Shown in pieces: positions 18,938-27,083 of a stretch of DNA of 64,000 nucleotides. The position numbers and the translations under genes were made by a program. Source of the DNA: a phage; sequence record PZ445440.1; one strand, given 5' to 3'. Below the pieces are notes generated by a model. It had not been told where the DNA came from and did not search any database. It saw nothing but the letters and a program-made list of their open reading frames with translations. The first letter of the stretch is position 1. Each line of letters opens with the position of its first letter.

Positions 18938-18955
18938 AAGGGCCCGAAGGCCCTT
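18938..18955. repeat. palindromic hairpin AAGGGCC-cgaa-GGCCCTT (no adjacent T-run)
   Basis: Perfect 7-bp stem; the same GGGCC/GGCCC hairpin recurs after wac at about 60916..60933. Confidence 0.4.
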
Positions 18956-18956
18956 A

Positions 18957-19946
18957 TCATTTATAGTACGAATTGTGGTTTTCTAAGTAGACTTGTTCAA
19001 GGAAGTCATCCCAGAAACTCATATCTACTTTTTGTTGCATACCATTCTTAGCAGCTTGTTCTGCTGCATGTTCAACTTGGTCAACGATATCTTCTAGGAA
19101 TTCCTGTATGGTTTTAAACGTATGTTTACCAAGCTTAACATCGAGAATAAATGGAGCATCCTGAAGCGGGTAAACCAGGTCGCCGGTTTTGTAAATTTCT
19201 AGGAGCTGAAGTCCACCACGGCATGCATGACTCAATGCTTTCCAATCAATACCTTCATTGGCTTCTGCCTTACGAGCACGTTCACCGTAGTTCTCTTCAA
19301 GTTTAACCAGGATGGCATTGAACTCTTTATTGGTTAACGTGTCTTGGAATTTACGGTCCAACAGACTATAGAATGTTTGCTTACCTGTTTTCTCATTTTC
19401 GGTTTCAACCCACGAAGCAAATTCACCTACAGGCAGAACATTCTTCATATGTGATAAACGAATTACTGCACCATTATCAAAGTATCGTCCCCATTCATTA
19501 GAACGTTTAAGGGCTTGACGAAGAACAGCCAGTCGAGAACCCTTGACACCGTATTTAGAAGCTTGCTTACGGACATACCCTAAATAAGATTTCATGTTAG
19601 TGGTATAGAAACGAGACCTGTTATCTTGAATATACTTCCATACATCAGGCAAATCAGATTTAACTACTAGACTTTGTGGAGTGTGAAGCATATCTAATGC
19701 GACGGTTTCACCATCAGCAGCTAGTTTAAAGAAATATTTGAGACTATACAACTCATGGTCCACGTCGTCTTTTGTGTTCTTAGAAGATGTGTTATTCGTG
19801 TTCTTGCTCATGTGTTCTTTAACGTTACCGGTCAAGATATCACGAGCATGAGGGACATAAATTTCTTTAAAATCGACGTCAGATTCAGGAGTAGACGTTC
19901 CATAAAGGTGGCTACCAAAGTAAGCCTTAACAATCGTTTTCATCAT
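18957..19946 (-). CDS. nucleotidyltransferase-fold protein (Pol-beta superfamily motif G-S-x4-G-T-x4-S-D-V-D)
   Basis: 329 aa; N-terminal YFGSHLYGTSTPESDVDF; large helical C-terminal domain; ATG with AAGGC upstream. Confidence 0.75.
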   Translation of the reverse strand: MMKTIVKAYFGSHLYGTSTPESDVDFKEIYVPHARDILTGNVKEHMSKNTNNTSSKNTKDDVDHELYSLKYFFKLAADGETVALDMLHTPQSLVVKSDLPDVWKYIQDNRSRFYTTNMKSYLGYVRKQASKYGVKGSRLAVLRQALKRSNEWGRYFDNGAVIRLSHMKNVLPVGEFASWVETENEKTGKQTFYSLLDRKFQDTLTNKEFNAILVKLEENYGERARKAEANEGIDWKALSHACRGGLQLLEIYKTGDLVYPLQDAPFILDVKLGKHTFKTIQEFLEDIVDQVEHAAEQAAKNGMQQKVDMSFWDDFLEQVYLENHNSYYK

Positions 19947-20416
19947 TTAGCCTTATATTCAAGAGTAGGACAGACTTTTTCTTTACGAGCTTTAAGGTAT
20001 CCACCTATTAATGATTTCTTACGTTCAATAGGCTCAAGTCCATTTTTAATTCGTTCTTGGTTTTGCGCAATGAGCTCAATTTCTTTATAATATTTTCTGT
20101 CGTTATATTTGTCTAACAGCCAAGACGGACCAATTACTAACCCGGTAGCAATAAAAGCCATGACTGCTACAATTAAAATGCCTACACCAATTGAGGCTGG
20201 AACTAATGTCCATAGACTGCTAAAAACAAAGAATTTAGTTAAAATTTCCTGGCCAATGATTGTGACTGCTGCTAAAATCGCAAATCCAATAATTGAAGCA
20301 GCCAATACCGGGATTAACGTTTTCCAAAAATAAGCACACAACGTTTTCGGACGATTCCATGTACTATTGAACGCGGCATAAATTTTAAAGTGCCAAGAGT
20401 TTTCATTGATAATCAT
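19943..20416 (-). CDS. membrane protein (two long hydrophobic helices, basic C-terminus)
   Basis: ORF track; ATGA overlap with the nucleotidyltransferase gene. Confidence 0.7.
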   Translation of the reverse strand: MIINENSWHFKIYAAFNSTWNRPKTLCAYFWKTLIPVLAASIIGFAILAAVTIIGQEILTKFFVFSSLWTLVPASIGVGILIVAVMAFIATGLVIGPSWLLDKYNDRKYYKEIELIAQNQERIKNGLEPIERKKSLIGGYLKARKEKVCPTLEYKAK

Positions 20417-20425
20417 AATAATTCC

Positions 20426-20956
20426 TTATTTCAAAGTTGGGATAATGGAATCGAGATAAGCTTTAAGAGCTACAGCTTCGTCTTTGGTAAATGTAGTAAC
20501 ATGTGAACGTAAATCATCATTTTGGCGAATAGTTACTACATCACCATCTTCATAAGAATTCATGACAGCCAAAGTCGTGGTATAGTTTGGAGCTATTGGA
20601 TTAATAATGTAAGCACCACGACTGATACCCCATTTAAGTTTAGCCTTTTCAGGTGGTTCGGATTCCAAGAATTCTTTCACCTTAGCAACGAATGTTTTCC
20701 AGTTATCGATAGAAAGGCATTTGTCTTCAGTTTCGATATTAGCACCGTTATAAAGCCCATGATAAAAACGAGCCTGAAGGTCTCCACCAATATTAATTGC
20801 CGATGCATGACCAGGCGGATTGAGTTTCAAAATCTCGTCTAGTTCCATAGGACAAATAGTAATACCATCATCTTCCTGAGTCAGAACGTATACATTACCA
20901 CGTTTTTCGATAGTCAAATCACCGAACAGTTCGGTTGTTTCAATTACAGTTTTCAT
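20426..20956 (-). CDS. hypothetical protein (176 aa)
   Basis: ORF track 20426..20968 begins with TTG; ATG at 20956 with GGTGA upstream. Confidence 0.7.
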   Translation of the reverse strand: MKTVIETTELFGDLTIEKRGNVYVLTQEDDGITICPMELDEILKLNPPGHASAINIGGDLQARFYHGLYNGANIETEDKCLSIDNWKTFVAKVKEFLESEPPEKAKLKWGISRGAYIINPIAPNYTTTLAVMNSYEDGDVVTIRQNDDLRSHVTTFTKDEAVALKAYLDSIIPTLK

Positions 20957-20957
20957 A

Positions 20958-21137
20958 TTATTCACCAATTAAAGTTTCAACAAAATTCACCAAATCATTC
21001 TGACGAGCATCAACTTGTTTTTCATAAAAGTCTCCACAGTCATTTACTGCATGATAAGCTACATCATTTAAATCTGAATCAGCTTCACGTAAGTCATGGA
21101 TAAGGTCCATCAATTTATTAGCTTGTTCACGGGTCAT
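20958..21137 (-). CDS. small acidic hypothetical protein (59 aa)
   Basis: Below track threshold; stop overlaps the SD of the next gene, start overlaps stop of 36-aa ORF (ATGA). Confidence 0.4.
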   Translation of the reverse strand: MTREQANKLMDLIHDLREADSDLNDVAYHAVNDCGDFYEKQVDARQNDLVNFVETLIGE

Positions 21138-21244
21138 TTTACCATACTCGTTTCAATAAGATTCACTATGCCGTTTACCATGTTATAAGTAAACATCGGA
21201 TAATTGTATTGTATCACAACGTATACGATAAGCAAAAGTTTCAT
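21134..21244 (-). CDS. small hydrophobic peptide (36 aa)
   Basis: ATG preceded by ATGGAGAACAAA leader directly downstream of promoter element. Confidence 0.3.
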   Translation of the reverse strand: MKLLLIVYVVIQYNYPMFTYNMVNGIVNLIETSMVK

Positions 21245-21261
21245 TTTGTTCTCCATTTGTT

Positions 21262-21303
21262 TTGGTAGGACTACTATAACATAGTCCTACCAAGATGTAA
21301 ACT
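21262..21303 (-). promoter_or_regulatory. early promoter with stem-loop (GTTTAC ... TTATAG inside TAGGACTA/TAGTCCTA inverted repeat)
   Basis: Read in sequence; same family at 31790, 33085, 40767. Confidence 0.5.
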
Positions 21304-21508
21304 ACCGATTGTGTTTTAAATGTTGATAAAGTTCTTCAACTTGTTTAGGGTCCAAAACAATTAGGTCATTTTCTTGGCGAAGATAAATCCATCCCTTATC
21401 CCCAGGACCATTTTTACAAAACATCACCACCATATCATCATCTTCAGCGCTTTCAGGTAAAAGTTCAAGTACGCCGTCTTCAGATTTTTCAGTATAATCG
21501 TAAAGCAT
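21302..21508 (-). CDS. hypothetical acidic protein (68 aa)
   Basis: ORF track 21302..21535; ATG 21508 with GAGGA upstream. Confidence 0.55.
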   Translation of the reverse strand: MLYDYTEKSEDGVLELLPESAEDDDMVVMFCKNGPGDKGWIYLRQENDLIVLDPKQVEELYQHLKHNR

Positions 21509-21515
21509 AATATCC

Positions 21516-21695
21516 TCACATAATCTCGTTAACATACATTTGCAATTCGGTGTGGGCGTCAGCCATCTTTTTCATAGCTCTGTTAATGTCGATGTCTCCA
21601 TCTTCGCAACCATGAGCATTTTCCCAATCAGATACCGCATTAGCGTACTCTTCAATCAAAAACATTAACTTAGAAATTTTTTCTTTACGTGACAT
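21516..21695 (-). CDS. hypothetical protein (59 aa)
   Basis: ORF track 21516..21764; start moved to ATG 21695 (MSRKEKISKL) with GAGGAG upstream. Confidence 0.55.
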   Translation of the reverse strand: MSRKEKISKLMFLIEEYANAVSDWENAHGCEDGDIDINRAMKKMADAHTELQMYVNEIM

Positions 21696-21699
21696 AACG

Positions 21700-21755
21700 T
21701 TCTCCTCTAGTAAGTAAGGTTTACTATAACACAACCTGAGGAGAAGTAAACTGAT
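21700..21755 (-). promoter_or_regulatory. early promoter (GTTTAC-17-TATAGT) embedded in inverted repeat that includes the SD
   Basis: Read in sequence. Confidence 0.5.
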
Positions 21756-21760
21756 AGATG

Positions 21761-21790
21761 CCAAAAAGCCCCGACCTTTCGGAAGGGGCT
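21761..21790 (-). terminator. intrinsic terminator (AGCCCC...GGGGCT + TTTTT) after rI
   Basis: Stem-loop followed by T-run on minus strand. Confidence 0.55.
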
Positions 21791-21796
21791 AGTAAA

Positions 21797-22099
21797 TTAG
21801 ATAGATGTAGGCTCTAATTTTATTTTCATGAACTCGGCAAATTGTCTGGCAGTTTTTATGCCTTGTTCATGACATTCAAATGCATCATCACAGGGGCTAT
21901 TTTTGTAATGCTTTGCCATATACTTATAGAATTTTTCAGAATTCTCGACATTTTGAATTTCAAACAAAGTATATACGTTTTTAATCCCTGATTCCATAAA
22001 GTTATCAAAGTATGGGTCAACATATGCAGTGCCAACAATAGGAGTCGTTGCTGCAAAAAACCCCAGCATCGCCACAATGACTATCGCTCTTAAGGCCAT
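21797..22099 (-). CDS. rI: lysis inhibition regulator rI (periplasmic antiholin)
   Basis: 100 aa; N-terminal signal-anchor; VDPxFDxFMESGI and SPCxxxFEC motifs match recalled T4 rI. Confidence 0.85.
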   Translation of the reverse strand: MALRAIVIVAMLGFFAATTPIVGTAYVDPYFDNFMESGIKNVYTLFEIQNVENSEKFYKYMAKHYKNSPCDDAFECHEQGIKTARQFAEFMKIKLEPTSI

Positions 22100-22111
22100 A
22101 TAGGCCTCCTG

Positions 22112-22324
22112 TTAATTTTGGCCAGTATTTATTTTTCGCCTTTGGACGGCATTAACATCTGCGAGGTATTTTTCCAGCTTGCGCTTGCGTGTATAATCAG
22201 CTTTAGAACCAGTTTGACGGATATCCTCGTTTAAATGAGAAATAGAATGTCCTAATTCTCTTCGGATTTCATCCAATTGGGTTACAGTAAGATTACGAAG
22301 TTGTCTTTCGTTTAATTGCTGCAT
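22112..22324 (-). CDS. hypothetical protein (rI.1 position)
   Basis: ORF track; 70 aa; between rI and tk as in T4. Confidence 0.6.
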   Translation of the reverse strand: MQQLNERQLRNLTVTQLDEIRRELGHSISHLNEDIRQTGSKADYTRKRKLEKYLADVNAVQRRKINTGQN

Positions 22325-22351
22325 ATATACCTCTTGGTTAGATATTAGTAT

Positions 22352-22933
22352 TTATAACAACCCTGTCAAATCGTTCCAATGCTTCCGGCATAATGACACA
22401 TATCTATCGGTATCACCAATTTCAATTTGACTGCCATCTGTAATTGGAAGTCCGTCTTCCGTGACTCTAGCTACCATTGTGGCCTTTTTACCACAATGAC
22501 AGACACCTTTAAGTTCAACAAGCTTATCGGCAATAGCCATTAATGCTTGAGAACCTTCAAATAGATTACCTTTAAAATCTGTTCGTAGTCCGTATGCCAT
22601 TACCGGCACATTGTATACGTCAACAATACGACTAAGTTGATACACCTTTTCAGTAGTTAAGAACTGAGCTTCGTCAACAAATACACAGTGAATATCCTTT
22701 TGTGCTGCAGCCCATTTATAGAATTCAAAGATATCCATGTCTTTTGTAATTATATTGGCGTCCTGACGAATACCAATACGAGAGACTATTTCACCTTTTG
22801 AATCACGAGTATCAATAGCCGGTTTAAGAACTAATACACCCATGCCACGTTCTTTATAGTTATGTGCGGCAGTAAGTAATGAAGCAGACTTACCAGCGTT
22901 CATAGCGGCATATGTAAAAATTAAACTAGCCAT
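22352..22933 (-). CDS. tk: thymidine kinase
   Basis: 193 aa; P-loop AMNAGKS and C-terminal zinc cysteines CHCG...CRKH. Confidence 0.95.
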   Translation of the reverse strand: MASLIFTYAAMNAGKSASLLTAAHNYKERGMGVLVLKPAIDTRDSKGEIVSRIGIRQDANIITKDMDIFEFYKWAAAQKDIHCVFVDEAQFLTTEKVYQLSRIVDVYNVPVMAYGLRTDFKGNLFEGSQALMAIADKLVELKGVCHCGKKATMVARVTEDGLPITDGSQIEIGDTDRYVSLCRKHWNDLTGLL

Positions 22934-22942
22934 AAGAGTCCC

Positions 22943-23125
22943 TTATAGTGAATTCACGTAGTCAATGAGTTCTTGTTCTTTCCTGTCAAATGATTCCAAC
23001 AATGCTTGATATTCTTCATCTGTTAAAGGAGCATATTCATCATACGCATTGGTGGCCGCTTGCTCATCCAATAGGTCGTGGATAAGTTCGAACAGTTTAG
23101 TTTTCTCTTCTTTAGTCAATTTCAT
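22943..23125 (-). CDS. small acidic hypothetical protein (60 aa)
   Basis: ORF track; ATG start. Confidence 0.6.
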   Translation of the reverse strand: MKLTKEEKTKLFELIHDLLDEQAATNAYDEYAPLTDEEYQALLESFDRKEQELIDYVNSL

Positions 23126-23586
23126 TTAGGTTCCCAATCAACAATCACAATTTCTAGTTTAGTGGAATACGTATCTAAAATCTCTTCGATGACATCCCAG
23201 TTTCCACCACCAATACCTGCACCAATTCTTGGCATATAAATTACAGGCTTTGTTATCTTATTCTTTCCGAATTCATTTAATTCTATTATACAATTCATTA
23301 AAGCATAGTACTCAAAATTAGGTCCAGGCTCAAACTGTGTATAAAGATTAAAGCAATAAGCTTTATGGGTCTTAAAATATTTTTCATAAACCGAATAAGT
23401 CCCGAGTTTAGACTCGTCTCCGAATTCGGTTTGAAGTTTATCGGCTTCCAGAATTTTTGGATAAGCCTTTGCTAATTGTCCTGCTACACCGGCACCCATT
23501 GTATGAAAACAATTACACCCATGAGCAATATTATTACCTTTAGAAAACAGGGCGACAATATCGCCCTTGATATAGTTTTTAATCAC
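23122..23586 (-). CDS. macro-domain protein (ADP-ribose binding/processing fold)
   Basis: ORF track 23122..23616 begins with TTG; probable GTG start 23586 with AGAGGA upstream; GDIV...AHGCNCFHTMGAGVAGQ and IGAGIGGG glycine-rich motifs. Confidence 0.7.
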   Translation of the reverse strand: MIKNYIKGDIVALFSKGNNIAHGCNCFHTMGAGVAGQLAKAYPKILEADKLQTEFGDESKLGTYSVYEKYFKTHKAYCFNLYTQFEPGPNFEYYALMNCIIELNEFGKNKITKPVIYMPRIGAGIGGGNWDVIEEILDTYSTKLEIVIVDWEPK

Positions 23587-23926
23587 TTGCTGCAAGTCCT
23601 CTAGTATAAGAGTCAACTAGACGGTCCACCATAGAATTGCATGCTGCCTTATCTTTAGGTTCCGCCACCGAGCATTCTAATATTTGCCATTTTTTATGAT
23701 ATCGTTTAATTAAGGTAGACGCCTTGAACCTACTAGACGCCCCATCTTTTTCTCCGTCTTTATATGCGTATAACAATTTTTGTGAAAAATCTACTTTACA
23801 CTCTTGACTTTTACCACAATAATCAGACGCCGTTCTGTTTGTATACTCCGTTACATCAGTATATGTAGTATTAGCAAGAGCGTTAAATGAAACCAAGCCA
23901 ACTATTAAAGCCAACATTTTGGTCAT
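23579..23926 (-). CDS. secreted/periplasmic protein with N-terminal signal peptide (115 aa)
   Basis: MTKMLALIVGLVSFNALA signal-like N-terminus; four cysteines; ATGA overlap with next gene. Confidence 0.65.
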   Translation of the reverse strand: MTKMLALIVGLVSFNALANTTYTDVTEYTNRTASDYCGKSQECKVDFSQKLLYAYKDGEKDGASSRFKASTLIKRYHKKWQILECSVAEPKDKAACNSMVDRLVDSYTRGLAASD

Positions 23927-24465
23927 TCTTTTATTTCCAGTAGTTTATTTGATTTAAGGTAATTAGCCTTTTCTAGGACTTCAGAAGCATATTTACTTCC
24001 AGCACTTGTCTTCCATCCAGCATTATATGAGGATATAGCTTTTCTTATATCCCCGTTATGTATATTTAACCAATAAGAAAATTCGATATAAGCCCATCTG
24101 GCTGAATTAGACCGCTTAGATAGCATTTTCTTAATTTGGGCATCAGTCATATTATAACCAAGCTGGTTAATTCTTGCCCTCATTGTTGGTAGATAATTTT
24201 GGAACATTCCATACGCATGGTGACCTTTCTTATCTTTAAGATTAATACCGGCAGATGATTCCTGCCATAGTATTGCGGCCATTATGTATCCAAGTCCTTT
24301 CTTATGCATATTTTCATGCGTTTTAAATTTTCCGTCCTTAGAAAACTGTTCCCCAAACTGATAAGCATAATTCAAGTTATCGAGTTGGACATTACTAAAA
24401 GTATGCTCGGAGCTATGTGCTGATAATGAAAGAGCAAATAGACCAGCGAGTAGTGCTTTTCTCAT
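23923..24465 (-). CDS. periplasmic lytic transglycosylase-like protein (SLT domain, signal peptide)
   Basis: Signal peptide MRKALLAGLFALSLSA; catalytic-region motif ILWQESSAG...AYGMFQ. Confidence 0.7.
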   Translation of the reverse strand: MRKALLAGLFALSLSAHSSEHTFSNVQLDNLNYAYQFGEQFSKDGKFKTHENMHKKGLGYIMAAILWQESSAGINLKDKKGHHAYGMFQNYLPTMRARINQLGYNMTDAQIKKMLSKRSNSARWAYIEFSYWLNIHNGDIRKAISSYNAGWKTSAGSKYASEVLEKANYLKSNKLLEIKE

Positions 24466-24473
24466 GTTTACCT

Positions 24474-24932
24474 CTAGATTTTAATCACTGCTTTAGAAGC
24501 TTTTCCTGGTAGTCGTTTACTGTTAATAATAGCCATTCTGCATTGAAGAGTCTTCATTTTGAATGCTGGATTTTCGCGACAAACTGTAAGTCCTAACCAA
24601 AGATTTCCATCGGTTATTTCTAAACGGCCTGGACGGTATTCGACGCCTTCGACAAAATCTTCATCAACGTCCGGACGAGCCGGCATTGATAAAAATTCTG
24701 CAACTTCTTTAACATGATTTTTTACTTTATGAAATAATTCAAAAACGTAATTCTCATCTATTTCTCTCTGGATGGCACGATCTAAGAGATGCTGAGAATA
24801 CTTGATATGAAAGCCTGGTAGTCCAAGAGACTTTGCAGCATCTTTTATACCGGCATTTATTTTGCGGAACTCCGTTTCAAAGATTCGACGGAGTTTATTA
24901 CGGCGGATAAAAACTTCCGAATTGATAGTCAT
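24474..24932 (-). CDS. regB: endoribonuclease RegB
   Basis: ORF track 24474..24956; ATG 24932 (MTINSEVFIRRNKLRR...) near-identical to recalled T4 RegB. Confidence 0.9.
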   Translation of the reverse strand: MTINSEVFIRRNKLRRIFETEFRKINAGIKDAAKSLGLPGFHIKYSQHLLDRAIQREIDENYVFELFHKVKNHVKEVAEFLSMPARPDVDEDFVEGVEYRPGRLEITDGNLWLGLTVCRENPAFKMKTLQCRMAIINSKRLPGKASKAVIKI

Positions 24933-24939
24933 TTTGATT

Positions 24940-24992
24940 TCTCCTCTAGTTGACAAGTCTATAGTAACACAACTAGAGGAGAAGTAAACTAC
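24940..24992 (-). promoter_or_regulatory. early promoter for regB (GTTTAC-17-TACTAT) inside 12-bp inverted repeat that includes the regB SD
   Basis: CTCCTCTAGTTG ... CAACTAGAGGAG arms read in sequence. Confidence 0.5.
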
Positions 24993-24993
24993 T

Positions 24994-25209
24994 TTATTGA
25001 TAAAACGGAGTTAAAGCCCAAGATTCTTTAGATACCATATTGGCGAAATGCCTCATCTCTTCGATTTGGCGACGACGCTGGTCAGCATAGTCTTCTTCGC
25101 CTTCTTCCTTACAATCTTCAAGGTCTTCTTCAAGATACTTTAAGTATTCACTACAAATTTTGTTGACCTTTTCTTGGAAGTCCAATAACCCAGTAATAGT
25201 AGAAGCCAT
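24994..25209 (-). CDS. small acidic hypothetical protein (71 aa)
   Basis: ORF track. Confidence 0.6.
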   Translation of the reverse strand: MASTITGLLDFQEKVNKICSEYLKYLEEDLEDCKEEGEEDYADQRRRQIEEMRHFANMVSKESWALTPFYQ

Positions 25210-25475
25210 TAGTATTTTTCCTCAGGACGAAATACTGCACGACATGCCCACATGCTGGCTTCTTTTAGATGTTGCTTAGCATACTTAAGAGCCTGCACTG
25301 CATCCATATCTTCTTTGGTTTGTTGCTCTGTTTCGTTTTCTTTCAAGATATATGCTTCTTCAATCAGAGCATCAAACAACAATCCAAGACGGACTTCGGC
25401 ATCTTTAATAGCGTTCACTTTACTGATTTTATCATCGGTATGCGGCTTGTAGCCTTTGATGTCTTCAATCGACAT
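25209..25475 (-). CDS. hypothetical protein (88 aa)
   Basis: ORF track 25209..25643; start moved to ATG 25475 with GAGGAAA upstream to avoid long overlap. Confidence 0.55.
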   Translation of the reverse strand: MSIEDIKGYKPHTDDKISKVNAIKDAEVRLGLLFDALIEEAYILKENETEQQTKEDMDAVQALKYAKQHLKEASMWACRAVFRPEEKY

Positions 25476-25689
25476 AAGGAATTTCCTCATCGGTGGCAAG
25501 GTCGTATTCGACCAATTGGATAGGCTCATTAATACCATATCCACGTACAGTGATATCAGTTGTCGGATAGTTTCCAGTAATATCACCCATTCTAAATGAT
25601 TCAATGAATGATTGCTCGCCTGAGCAACTAAACCAGGCGGCAAAACATTTTAAAACATCTTCAGACCCTTCTATAATCAATTTAGCCAT
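25465..25689 (-). CDS. hypothetical protein (74 aa)
   Basis: ORF track; ATG start. Confidence 0.6.
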   Translation of the reverse strand: MAKLIIEGSEDVLKCFAAWFSCSGEQSFIESFRMGDITGNYPTTDITVRGYGINEPIQLVEYDLATDEEIPYVD

Positions 25690-26051
25690 TATAGACTCTC
25701 AGTAAAGGTACGAGCGATAACGTCGCGCTGCTGTTCCGGAGTCAGAGAGTTAAAGCGAACTGCATAACCTGATACACGGATGGTCAGCTGCGGATATTTT
25801 TCTGGATGCTTAACTGCATCTTCCAGAGTTTCGCGACGCAGAACGTTAACGTTCAGGTGTTGACCACCTTCAATTTTAACTTTAGGTTGATGTTCAATTT
25901 CAATTTCACGGGCATTCAAACCGTAGAAAATTTCCGGGTCTACAATAGCGTCTTCTTTAAAAGTCTTAGAGACGATAATCCTGGCTTGAGTACCGTCTTC
26001 AAAATAAATAGTGCCTTTATGTGCACCTTCAAGAATTTGATATGCTTTCAT
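25689..26051 (-). CDS. grcA: autonomous glycyl radical cofactor (GrcA/YfiD-like)
   Basis: 120 aa; C-terminal 65 residues [63 protein letters not shown] identical to my recollection of E. coli GrcA, including RVSGY glycyl radical motif. Confidence 0.85.
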   Translation of the reverse strand: MKAYQILEGAHKGTIYFEDGTQARIIVSKTFKEDAIVDPEIFYGLNAREIEIEHQPKVKIEGGQHLNVNVLRRETLEDAVKHPEKYPQLTIRVSGYAVRFNSLTPEQQRDVIARTFTESL

Positions 26052-26057
26052 ATAACC

Positions 26058-26366
26058 TCAATTAGAAAATAAATTTATCCAAGTTTTTTCTTTAATCAAA
26101 AATGGGTCGGAATTAAACGCCATTAAACTTTGAGTGATTAATCCCTTAAATGGCCCATCAATAAATTCCATTTTGAAATGCGGAATACTAGTCATCAACC
26201 GTGCATTAGGAGCAGTACAAAGAACCTGCTGCCCTGCGAACGGACCTTTAGTCAAACGGTATCGTTTAGGTTTAAAATGGTAAATCTCGTAATTTTCTAC
26301 AAGGGCCCTTTTATTGCATACTGGGCTGTTATAACAATATTCAAAAACTTCAATAGTGGTCATCAT
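26058..26366 (-). CDS. hypothetical protein (102 aa)
   Basis: ORF track. Confidence 0.6.
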   Translation of the reverse strand: MMTTIEVFEYCYNSPVCNKRALVENYEIYHFKPKRYRLTKGPFAGQQVLCTAPNARLMTSIPHFKMEFIDGPFKGLITQSLMAFNSDPFLIKEKTWINLFSN

Positions 26367-26905
26367 TGCATTCCAATCACAAAAAATTGAGGACGAACCG
26401 TTTCACCTGTGTCCGCGTTATGGCTTCGACAACAGTGTTGTATTGTTTTGATATGGATGTCGTAAATCTTATCCATATCAGGAGCTTTAATAGGTTCATC
26501 AATTATATACAAGATACGAGAAAGCGATAATCCACGGAATTTATGACCTTCATTACCGATAAAGCTACGTAACGAATCGTGCCACAGACGGAATCGGATA
26601 TCTTCGTCACTAAAACGAATAAAATCATTTTTGATAGAATCGGCTGAAATTCTCGCATACGCCGAGGTATTAGACAGGACAATTACTGTACCACCGTCAT
26701 AAAGCCAATTAGCCGCAAAATTAATTACTGCGGTAGATTTGCCTGATTGACGTCCACCGTCTATACGAAGCGTACAGTACTGCTTGAGCAAGTCTTCAAT
26801 CGGTGGGACATAACCGTTCTTACAAATTTCTTCTACTCTAGCATCAGAATGGTGTGTAAAAGCATTCATCAGGGATAGATAAGGCCCAGTTAAAAATGTT
26901 CTCAT
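26363..26905 (-). CDS. P-loop NTPase-like protein (GGRQSGKST)
   Basis: ORF track 26363..26941; start moved to ATG 26905; Walker A-like motif. Confidence 0.6.
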   Translation of the reverse strand: MRTFLTGPYLSLMNAFTHHSDARVEEICKNGYVPPIEDLLKQYCTLRIDGGRQSGKSTAVINFAANWLYDGGTVIVLSNTSAYARISADSIKNDFIRFSDEDIRFRLWHDSLRSFIGNEGHKFRGLSLSRILYIIDEPIKAPDMDKIYDIHIKTIQHCCRSHNADTGETVRPQFFVIGMQ

Positions 26906-27057
26906 ATTATTTCTCTTAAGGTTTGGGCCATTCCGTGGCACATGAATTGTCCATTTCTGTATTTACCCATTACCGCACTTGGGCTCGACCTTATTACAGG
27001 TTGGCGGGAATCCCTCATAGAATCATGAGGTCCAGGTTGTTCCCATTTTATTTGAAG

Positions 27058-27083
27058 GTAAATAGGCCTAAGTATAGGCCTAT
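27058..27083 (-). terminator. stem-loop ATAGGCCTA-n5-AGGCCTAT after ipIII
   Basis: Inverted repeat immediately 3-prime of the ipIII stop. Confidence 0.4.

Noticed and set aside
25209-25475. Possibility that one of the small ORFs between regB and the GrcA-like gene is the Acb2 (vs.4) cyclic-nucleotide sponge
   Set aside because: Position is suggestive, but I cannot recall the Acb2 sequence well enough to support it.
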